From Bifidobacterium breve (GTDB lineage Bacteria; Actinomycetota; Actinomycetes; UBA12327): 29,292 nucleotides of DNA. The stretch covers positions 1-29,292 of the forward strand of contig CAMCVY010000001.1 of the NCBI GenBank assembly GCA_945881995.1. Reading direction: 5' to 3'. The notes beneath the pieces are model-generated. The model searched no databases, had not been told where the DNA came from, and saw only the letters and a program-made list of their open reading frames with translations. Position numbers and translations under genes: made by a program. Of this stretch, positions 16,264 to 25,700 are shown piece by piece (the first letter of the stretch is position 1; each line of letters starts with the position of its first letter).

Positions 16264-17084
16264 CAGCTCGGGCCCACCTCCCCTAGGAGCACGCGCTTGA
16301 GGAATTCAGGGGCCACGGTGGTGCAATAGTGCGCGCCCTCGAAGTAGGGGGCTGTTGATGAATTGCTGTTGGCAACCAGCGCACGCGAGCCGATTTCCGC
16401 CACCGCACCATTGGTGTTGATAGCAGCCACTGGGGGAGTCCACGACGGGCCTACACCCACGACGGTGTCGGCGACGGTCACCAAGGTGTTGGCACTGGCG
16501 CCGGGCAGATTGGACGCGGTGGGGTTGTACGGAGCGGCGTTCTTTTGCGTGTTGGTGAGCGATCCCCACACGCTGTCGATGGTGTTTTGGTTGATCGCTT
16601 GGCAGGTGCCGTCGGTGGAAGGCGACGTACTGAGTCCGTCACCGGCGCTACCAAATCCCCATGCTGGTTCAACAATGAAGCGACCATTGCCGAAGGTGGT
16701 TCCGGCGGGCCAGTTGCCCTTGTTCAAGCTCTCACCGGTGCGCATCTTGCAGCGGATCAATTTGGGCTTGGTTAGATCATTGTTTTCGTATTGCACATAC
16801 GCGGTGGTGGAAATTTTCTTCGCTGACGTTACGACCGCAGATTTGGAGAAAACAAAGTCAGATTCGTCCTTGTACACGGTTCCGGTGATGGTGAAGTCAC
16901 CACCGTTTTCCACCAATTTCGATGTATCAATGTTGGCGATGCCGATCTGGCCCTCAGCACAAAATCGGAAAAAGCCCGTTGACGTGATAATCGTCCCAGG
17001 GATAGGAGCCGCACCAGAGAGCGCAGGCACGGCGAGGATCGCCGTGATGCCCAAAAGCACGATCGTGAGTCGGCGGCGGCGCAC
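16263..17084 (-). CDS. Secreted hypothetical protein with four Cys
   Basis: MRRRR plus hydrophobic signal peptide. RBS AGGGGA. Stop overlaps the WxL-like start (TGATG). Confidence 0.75.
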   Translation of the reverse strand: MRRRRLTIVLLGITAILAVPALSGAAPIPGTIITSTGFFRFCAEGQIGIANIDTSKLVENGGDFTITGTVYKDESDFVFSKSAVVTSAKKISTTAYVQYENNDLTKPKLIRCKMRTGESLNKGNWPAGTTFGNGRFIVEPAWGFGSAGDGLSTSPSTDGTCQAINQNTIDSVWGSLTNTQKNAAPYNPTASNLPGASANTLVTVADTVVGVGPSWTPPVAAINTNGAVAEIGSRALVANSNSSTAPYFEGAHYCTTVAPEFLKRVLLGEVGPS

Positions 17085-17226
17085 GTGGTTCCCCTATCAG
17101 GAAATCGATGAACACTTAACCTTTCCAAACGGATACAGGTGCAACAAGGGGTTTGGATTACATTCCGGCAACAGATTGGCCAGCCCAAATCACGCCTGGG
17201 GGCTGTGGGTGCGAGAAGATGACCAG

Positions 17227-18234
17227 ATGAACAGCCTCCACGCCCAGATCCAGCGCGCCGACCAAGCCGGGATTGACGCTGCCGTAGCCGTTCTTCGACA
17301 GGGCGGGCTGGTCGTTCTACCCACAGAGACGGTGTACGGACTGGGCGCTGATGCCACGTCGGAACTTGCGGTGGCACGGATTTTTCAAGTCAAGGGTCGC
17401 CCTGCGGATCACCCGGTGATCGTTCATGTTCTGGGTGTGGACGATCTTGATGTGTGGGCTGTCGATGTTCCGTCGTATGCGCGTGAGTTAGCCCAAAGGT
17501 GGTGGCCTGGTCCCATGACCTTGGTGTTGACCCGTCGCCCAGGGGTGGGTGAAATCGCAGCCGGTGGGGCACCCACGATTGCCCTGCGTAGCCCGTCACA
17601 TCCGGTCGCGCGCGCTGTCATTGAACGATTGGGTTCGGGAGTTGCAGCGCCTTCGGCGAACCGATTTGGTCGCGTGAGCCCGACAACTGCGCACCATGTT
17701 GTTGAGGAATTGGGCGATGTACTGACGGCCTCTGACTTAATCCTTGATGGTGGCGAGTGCACCATTGGCGTGGAATCCACCATCATCGACTGCACCGGAG
17801 CAGGGCCCATTGTTTTGCGTCCCGGTGGAGTGACCAATGCTGATATTGCGCAGGTAGTCGAGCTTTCGAGTCACACCGTCAGTGATCTTGAACGAGATAT
17901 TCGGGCGCCGGGAACCTTGGCCGCTCACTACGCGCCGACGGCGCGAGTGTTGCTGGCTGAAGAAGCAGAAGCCGATGCTGTCATTAACGCGGCCCCAGCT
18001 GGTGAAGTCGGCCTGCTCTCCATGGTGACCTTTGAGCCGTCCACGGACCGTGCAATCCACCGCCTCGTGGCGCCCGGCAATGTTGACGAGTACGCGCAGG
18101 ACCTCTATGCGGCGCTGCGCAGGGCAGACCAACTCGGACTGGTCGCGGTCGTCGCCGTTTTGCCACCGGCCGAGGGAATTGGTGTGGCAGTGCGCGATCG
18201 ATTGCAGCGAGCATCGACCGGATCTGCCCTGTAA
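17227..18234 (+). CDS. sua5: L-threonylcarbamoyladenylate synthase, Sua5 type (YrdC domain plus Sua5 C-terminal domain)
   Basis: PTETVYGLGADA, KGRPADHP, WPGPMTLVL, APSANRFG, STIIDCT and PGTLAAHYAP motifs. Start set at ATG 17227, not the ORF-track 16363. Confidence 0.93.
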   Translation: MNSLHAQIQRADQAGIDAAVAVLRQGGLVVLPTETVYGLGADATSELAVARIFQVKGRPADHPVIVHVLGVDDLDVWAVDVPSYARELAQRWWPGPMTLVLTRRPGVGEIAAGGAPTIALRSPSHPVARAVIERLGSGVAAPSANRFGRVSPTTAHHVVEELGDVLTASDLILDGGECTIGVESTIIDCTGAGPIVLRPGGVTNADIAQVVELSSHTVSDLERDIRAPGTLAAHYAPTARVLLAEEAEADAVINAAPAGEVGLLSMVTFEPSTDRAIHRLVAPGNVDEYAQDLYAALRRADQLGLVAVVAVLPPAEGIGVAVRDRLQRASTGSAL

Positions 18235-18262
18235 CAAGAGGCAGGCTCCAGCCAACATCACG

Positions 18263-18338
18263 TGGTGGGCCGCCCGGGGCTTGAACCCGGAACCCACGGA
18301 TTAAAAGTCCGTTGCTCTACCAATTGAGCTAACAGCCC
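18263..18338 (-). tRNA. tRNA-Lys(UUU)
   Basis: GGGCTGTTAGCTCAATTGGTAGAGCAACGGACTTTTAATCCGTGGGTTCCGGGTTCAAGCCCCGGGCGGCCCACCA. 76 nt, anticodon TTT, CCA encoded. Confidence 0.97.
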
Positions 18339-18426
18339 GCCTCCGAAATCGGAGTGCCCTAAGCCTAGGGGGCTGGTTTGTGACCTTGGTGATCAGCGTC
18401 CCAGACCAATCCGCCAAGATGTCGTT

Positions 18427-19059
18427 ATGCGTCTAGATCATGTCTCTTATGCGGTCCCTGCTTCTCATCTCGCTGACGAGGTTCAACGCCTTGGTGCGAG
18501 CGCGGGTGGGATCTTTCGCGATGGCGGTCGCCACCCTCGGTTTGGTACGCGCAACTTTGTTTTGCCATTGGCCGGCGGTTCGTACCTCGAGGTCGTAGCG
18601 ACGCTGGATCACCCAGCCGCAGACGGCGCACCTTTTGGTCAAGCCGTGAAGCATCGTGCAGAACGCGGTGGCGGATGGATGGCCTGGGTATTGGCCGTTG
18701 ATGATGTCGAGCCAATGGAACAGCGCTTGGGTCGTCCTGCCGTTGACGGCATGCGTCACCGACCTGATGGCGTTGACCTGACGTGGAAGCAACTGGGAAT
18801 CAAAGACGTGATGGAAGATCCACAAGTCCCGTTCTTTGTCCAATGGCTCAGTGACGCAGCTGATCACCCCAGCGCAGGCGCTGGTGAGCTTCCTCGCATT
18901 GAGCGTTTGGAAATTGGTGGTGATGCGGCTTCGGTCACCGAGTTCCTTGGTTCATCAGTGGACGCGATTGATGGTGTGACCATTGATTTTGTTGACGACG
19001 AGCCTGGATTGGTTGCGGTTCACTTGGCTACCCACCGAGGATCGGTGCGGCTCGACTGA
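18427..19059 (+). CDS. VOC family protein (Glyoxalase_3-like)
   Basis: MRLDHVSYAV, GGRHPRFGTRNFVLPL...YLEVV, GLTWKQLG-like and PFFVQW motifs. Confidence 0.9.
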   Translation: MRLDHVSYAVPASHLADEVQRLGASAGGIFRDGGRHPRFGTRNFVLPLAGGSYLEVVATLDHPAADGAPFGQAVKHRAERGGGWMAWVLAVDDVEPMEQRLGRPAVDGMRHRPDGVDLTWKQLGIKDVMEDPQVPFFVQWLSDAADHPSAGAGELPRIERLEIGGDAASVTEFLGSSVDAIDGVTIDFVDDEPGLVAVHLATHRGSVRLD

Positions 19060-19302
19060 TGTCCAGCCCTGGCGATCAGGCGGCTGAACAACAAGCAATC
19101 CTTGATGCACCCCCAGCCGTTTGCCGCCTTCAGCGAATGCATTGGTGCGATCGTTGCCTTCACATGGCTCCCGCCCAAGCGTCCGTAACGAAGCAAAACC
19201 GGTGGAAGCAACCCACTGATCGGACCAGCCTGCGGTGCCTGCAGGTGCCTCGCGTATGCTTTCGTGGGTTCCCAACGGACCTGTGCAAACAGGATTTCGT
19301 GA

Positions 19303-19375
19303 GCCCCCATCGTCTAGTGGTCTAGGACGCCGCCCTTTCAAGGCGGTAACACGGGTTCGAACCCCGTTGGGGGTA
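19303..19375 (+). tRNA. tRNA-Glu(UUC)
   Basis: Cloverleaf with CCGCC-CTTTCAA-GGCGG anticodon arm. CCA not encoded. Confidence 0.96.
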
Positions 19376-19441
19376 CGCAAGTACCTGTTCGACCAGCACT
19401 TTGGTGCTGGAGTAGTAAGCCTCACGGATTCGTCCGTGTTT

Positions 19442-19518
19442 GGCCCCGTAGCGCAGTTGGTTAGCGCGCCGCCCTGTCACGGCGGAGGTCGCCGGTTCGA
19501 GCCCGGTCGGGGTCGCCA
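19442..19518 (+). tRNA. tRNA-Asp(GUC)
   Basis: CCGCC-CTGTCAC-GGCGG anticodon arm, GGTTCGAGCC T-arm, CCA end. Confidence 0.97.
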
Positions 19519-19542
19519 GGACACCCATTGGGTGACCTGTTC

Positions 19543-19618
19543 GGTCAGGTAGCTCAGTTGGGAGAGCGACCGCCTGAAAAGCGGTAGGTCGGCGGATCGA
19601 ACCCGCCCCTGACCACCA
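19543..19618 (+). tRNA. tRNA-Phe(GAA)
   Basis: ACCGC-CTGAAAA-GCGGT anticodon arm, acceptor GGTCAGG/CCTGACC, CCA end. T-loop reads ATCGAAC. Confidence 0.95.
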
Positions 19619-19645
19619 GTTGTGCGCAATGTGGAATTAGCCGTT

Positions 19646-19666
19646 CGGTTGATATTGGATCAACCG
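19646..19666. promoter_or_regulatory. Perfect inverted repeat after tRNA-Phe (terminator or operator)
   Basis: CGGTTGAT-ATTGG-ATCAACCG. No U-tract follows. Confidence 0.4.
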
Positions 19667-19748
19667 GTAAGCCCTACACACGACGAATCCCCTGTGTTGA
19701 AGTTGGAGGTAATAGTTATTCGCTTCTAATGCATTGAGGGATCTTGAC

Positions 19749-22700
19749 ATGGGTATGAACCGACGAATCGTTGGAATTGTTGCTGTCACTGCTGTCATGG
19801 CGGCGACGCTCGTGCCGCTGGGGGCGAGTACCGCACAGGCGGCACCGGTTGGTAATGGCTTCACCCTCACCGTCCCCGACCTGCAATTCATCCTTGACCA
19901 AATTGAGATTGCAGAAGCACATAAGGCAGCCGACAAGCCAGCGACGTGCACAACCGTCGAAGGGCTCACGGTCGCAAACTGCGCCGTCCCTGGCACGAAC
20001 CCCTACGTCCGTGGATCCTTAGTCACCACAGACCTCGCTGACCCTCGCCTCGTGGACGGGTTGCGTCAAACCGATGGTCGCAACAACAACTTGGTAAACG
20101 GTTTTTCGCCCTGGAATGGTGTGCGCTACACATCCAGCCCAGGTCAGTCCGCCTGGGGATCAGCAGACTCAGCCTTCCCCCGTGATACGCCCGAAACCTG
20201 GCGCTTGACCGACACCACCAACAATTCCTTCGGCCCCGTTGGTTCGACCTACAACCCTTCGTCGCGACCAAAGAACTTGGTTGACCCACAACCTCGAGTG
20301 ATTAGCAACTTGATCTCTGATCAATCTGCCTACAACCCAGCCGCCGTTGCTGCCGCTGGTGCTGACATCAGTGGCCTGACCACTGACCAGCAAAAGCAGG
20401 ACACCCAGCTTTTGATTGAAAACATTGCTCCCGACGCCGGACAGTCGGCTCCGTATAACGGAATGTTCACTATCTTTGGTCAATTCTTTGACCACGGCTT
20501 GGACTTGGTCGGCAAGACCAGTGCTGAAGCTGTCTTCATTCCGTTGAAGTCAGATGACCCGTTGTATCGTGAAGGTGCACGCAACAACTTCATGGTTTTG
20601 AACCGCACGGTTTTGGACGCGAATAATGCTGGCACCAACACCACGACTCCGTGGGTTGATCAAAACCAGACATACACCTCTGCTCCATCCCACCAAGTGT
20701 TCTTGCGCGGTTATGGCTGTGGTGATGCTTCTTCGACGACGGCAAATTGCGCCCCGGGGTCAGCCCCCGTTGCGACCGGTGATTTCCTTGACGGTGCCAT
20801 CACACACAACTTGGCGAACTGGAGCGAGATCAAAGCGCAAGCTGCCAACAAGTTGGGTATTGCACTGACTGATTATGACGTCACGAATGTTCCGCTTCTT
20901 GCAACCGACGAGTTTGGTCGCTTCCTTCGCGGCCCCAATGGATTCCCACTTGTCGTTTTGAAGAACGGCACGTTGCTGGAAGGAAATCCTGCCTCGCCCA
21001 TCGAGACCGTCAACTTCGCCAATGTGGCTAAGCCCGAGGACCTTATTCAACGCACGGACCATGCGTTCCTTGATGACATCGCTCATGGAGCCGGACCGAA
21101 GTGGGCCTGGAATGGCTCAGCGTGGGCTGCTACCCATAACGCAGCCTTGCTCAACAGGCACTTCGTCACCGGCGATGGTCGAGGTAACGAAAACATCGCG
21201 CTAACCGCGATTCACACGGTCTTCCACAATGAGCACAACCGCCTGGTCGATGACATCAAGTCGGTCGTCACCGCCAATCAGGGTGCCGTTGCTGGTGCAG
21301 GCAAATTCGCGTTTGAGGACTGGCGAGTGGGCAACTCCGCTGGTGCGGAGTTCAATGGTGAGCGTTTGTTCCAAGCAGCGCGCTTCATCAACGAAATGGA
21401 ATACCAGCACTTGGTGTTTGAGGAATTCGTTCGCAAGGTGCAGCCAGAAACCCGTTTATTCGGTAGCTATGACCCATCCTTGAACCCCAACATTGTTGCG
21501 GAATTTGCTAACGCAACGTATCGCTACGGGCACTCGCAGTTGAATGAGACGGTTGACCGAATTGCGGCTGACGGTACGGACACTTCTATCTCCCTCATCG
21601 ATGCATTCCTGGATCCGGATGACTTCAACAATGTCGATGGGCAAGTGCTCACCGGTGACCAAGCGGTCGGACAAATTGCGCGTGGAATGACCAATCAGCG
21701 TGGTAACGAAATAGATGAGTTCGTCACAGGGGCATTGAAAAACAGCTTGCTCGGTTTGCCGCTCGACTTGGGTGCCTTGAACATGTCGCGAGGTCGCGAC
21801 ACCGGCATGCCCTCGCTAAATGGTGCTCGCCGCTCGTATTACGACACGACCGCAGACGCTTCAATGACTCCTTATGGCTCGTGGCTCGAATTTGGGCAAG
21901 CATTGCGCCACCCCGCTTCGTTGATCAACTTTGTGGCTGCCTACGGGACCCACCCATCTGTTACTGCGGCCACAACGGTTGCGGACAAGCGTGCAGCCGC
22001 AACCTTGTTGGTCAAGGGTGGTCTTGGAGAGCCTGCTGATAGTGCCGAGTTCATGACCAGCCAAGGTGCGTGGATTCCGGTCAACGACCTAGCGACCACG
22101 GGCTTAGAAGACATTGACTTGTGGATCGGTGGACTGGCTGAGCAGCGCACGCCGGCTGGCGGAATGCTCGGAGCCACTAATGACTTCATCTTCCGCACAC
22201 AGATGGAAAAGCTCCAAGAGAGTGACCGTTTTTACTACCTCGCTCGCATTCCTGGCATCGGGCTGCTCAACCAAATTGAAGGCAACTCACTTGCTGAAAT
22301 CATTCAGCGCAACTCCGATGCTGAAGATTTGCCATTCAACATCTTCGATGTACCTTCAAAAACCTTTAATATGTCGAAGTCCTCGCTGACTTACCCCGAT
22401 ATCAGTGTGAAGCCCGACGGCACTTGGGCGTACTCCGGCTCAGATCACGTGGTGTTTAACGGAACTGCCGGCAACGACGGCGTCTCATCGGGTTCGGGTA
22501 ACGACACGATTCGCGGCAACGACGGCGATGACACGATCAACGGTGGATACGGGGATGACAGCATCATCGGTGGATTGGGTGATGACACGTTGACCGACCC
22601 ATCGGGCATTGACGTGGTGATGTCAGGCGATGGCAGCGACTTCATTAACACTGGAGGACCTGGGCTGGATGTTTACCTTGCAGGTGCAGGATCGGACTTC

Positions 22701-25700
22701 ACCATGGGTGGTGGCTATGGCACCGAACAGCTGGGTGGACCGGGCAACGACTTTATGTACGGCGGCACCTCCGCTGACGCGCTCAGCGGCGATGAAGACT
22801 CTGACTGGCTTGAAGGTGGAGTGGGTGACGACTCTTTGTCAGGTGATCTTGCGGCGATCTTTGGTGTGGACATTGCTCCACCAGGTGACGACGTGATGAT
22901 TGGTGACAGCGGAAGCAACCGGATCAATGGTGAGGGTGGCGTTGACATCATGGTTGGAGGAACCCAAGGAACTAACCGAGTTCTCGGCGGCCTTGGCTTT
23001 GACTTCTCGACGTATTACAACCCACGATCCATGGCGGCCCACGATGCTGCTTTGGACAATTTTGCACCACCACTAGGCGCCCCAGACTTGGGTATGCAAG
23101 ATCGGTATAAAGACGTCGAGGCGTTGTCCGGGGGTGACTTGGATGACATTTTGTCCGGTGATAACCGCACCACGATGGATGTGTTGGACACGGTGGGTGA
23201 CACCTTGAACGCGTCCGACATTGCCAAGATCTCTGGTTTGAACACTTTGCTTGGTGGAGACGCTGCCTTCAACACGGGTAACATCCTCATCGGTGGTGGC
23301 GGTTCGGACACTTTGCAGGGACGTCAAGGCGATGAAGTCATTGATGGCGACGCCTACTTACAGGTGCAAATTTCAGCTCCTGCTTCGCCAGCTATTACCG
23401 GAACGACGTCGGTCGACCCATCAGATGCAACGCGAGTACTCGTCAACAGCATGACGCAACTCACCACTGCTGTGCGGAAGAAGAACTTCGCCATCTCGCA
23501 ATTGCGCATCGTTCGCTCGATCAAGTGGGCCGCACACAGCACCGAGCTCGATGTCGCTGTGTACAACAGCCCACGTGCGAACTTCACTCTTGCTGCGGGA
23601 CCCAACGGCACTCTGCGCGTTACTGACAACACGGTTGGAAACGGTAATGAGGGCGTGGACACCCTGCGCAACATGGAGCGCATTCAGTTCACGGATGAGA
23701 CGGTCGAGCTCGTCGCTCCCAGTGCACCACAAGACGTGACGGCGACCTTTGATCGGGTCAACCAACGTGTTCGCGTCTCGTGGACTCCGCCAGTGGCCAA
23801 CTCTGTGTTGCCTGTGACGGGCTACACGGCTCGGGTTCGCGAGGCTGGAACCGATGTGTTGGTGGCTAGTTGTAGCACCGAAGGAGCGGGCCGCAACTGC
23901 GACATCTCGGCGAATGGCAGCGTAGCCTACGACGTTGATGTGGTGGCGATTAATGTTGTAGGAACTGGTGTTGCTGGACCGAATCCACCGATCACCCTGC
24001 CGGCTTTCGTGGTCAGAGTACCTAGTCAGCCGCTGAATGTTACGGGTGTCGTTGGCAACGGGTCGGTGGCGTTGAGCTGGACTGCTCCAACCGATGACGG
24101 CGGAGCTGATGTTGACCGCTATGTCGTGACATCAACACCAGGTGGAACGGTGTGCACCGTCAACGTTGTGGCGCCGGCTGTTGCACCCGCGACAACGTGC
24201 AATGCAACCGGTCTCACCAATTTCAGGTCCTACAGATTCACCGTGACTGCGCACAATGTTGTTGGTGATTCTTTGCCCTCCGCTCAATCCTCAATCTTGG
24301 TCCCGCTCCCCCAAAGGCCGGCTGCACCAGGAGTCATCAGCGGAACCGTTGGAGATAAATCAGTGCGGCTGAACTGGACTGCCCCTAGTAATAATGGTGG
24401 TTCACGCGTCTTCCAGTACGAAGTCTTCCAGAGCCCAGGTGGCGCAAGGGTTTGTAACATCGTATCGGTCTTCGGTACGCCTTCAACGACTTGCACTGTC
24501 TCTGGTTTGACGAATGGTTCGAACTACACCTTTACGGTCAAGGCGTCGAACATTGCTGGTACCTCGGCTGCCTCGAGTCCATCAGTGACGTTCACGCCGC
24601 GGGCAGCAACCACTCAACCGCTGAATGTGGTGGGTACCCCTGCTGATCAGTCCATCACCGTTTCGTGGGATCGCCCCGCCAACGATGGTGGGTCCGCGAT
24701 CACCAGTTATACGGTCGACCAAGCCGGCGCTGGTCAGGTGTGCACTGTGGTTCCTGCAGCGCCCGCTGCCGAACCCGTAACCAGTTGCGTTGTCTCCGGA
24801 CTGACCAATGGCACAAATTACGCCTTCACGGTTCGTGCGGTGAACGGCGCTGGGACGTCACCAAGTTCTGGCCTGTCCACCCCGGTAGCTCCTCGGACAG
24901 TCGTGCTTGCCCCAACAGTTGTTACTACTACAGCGCGCAACGCAGGAGCAGCGATTTCTTGGAACGCCCCAGCATCCGATGGTGGATCAGCGGTGACCGG
25001 TTACAAGGTGTTCGCTAGTCCTGGCGATCTCGAGGTCTGCACCGTGAACATCACGCCACCATTCCTCGAACCTGCTACTAACTGCATTGCTAGTGGACTG
25101 GTTAACGGCACGCCCTATACCTTCACTGTCAAGGCAGTCAATGCTGCAGGCGACTCGTCGCCATCTGATCCATCAGCAGCCATCACTCCTGACGGTGTAG
25201 CGCCGACCGCGGCGATGGTCGATCCTTCCGATGAGTTCCAACTGGGTCAAACCATTGGGTTGACCTGGAGCGCATCGGATGCTGACACCGGTGTACGAAA
25301 CACCGATGTGCGGTACTTCCGAGTTCCCGTCGGTGGCGGAACACCTGATTCATGGGAGTTCCTGGTTCAGGGAACTACTGATCGCAGTGCAACGTTGACC
25401 GAGGCGGCGTGGGGTTATAGCTACTGCTTCCAAGCCCGCGGTCACGATGAGGCTGGAAATGATGGCGACTGGTCGGCATCTAAGTGCACGAATGTGGTGG
25501 CCGACTCACGCTCGTTTGCCCGATCTAAGTTTGCCCTGAAGACCGCCTCTGGTTATATCGGCAACACCTACGAGACCACCACCACCAAGGGCGCCTACCT
25601 GCTCTCCAGGAGCTCCCAGACGGTGCGTCAGGTGGGCGTGGTTGCTATGACGTGCTCCAGTTGTGGTGTGGTCAAGGTCTACGTCGGTGCCACCTATGTG

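Noticed and set aside
16363-17226. 623-aa ORF suggesting an N-terminally extended Sua5
   Set aside because: The extension is antisense to the well-formed secreted-protein gene. Open antisense frames are common in GC-rich DNA, and Sua5 homology starts after ATG 17227.
19059-19325. 88-aa ORF coupled to the VOC stop (TGATG) with CxxC
   Set aside because: It runs through the tRNA-Glu promoter (TATGCT at 19255-19260) and into the tRNA, with no recognisable family. A short real peptide cannot be fully excluded.
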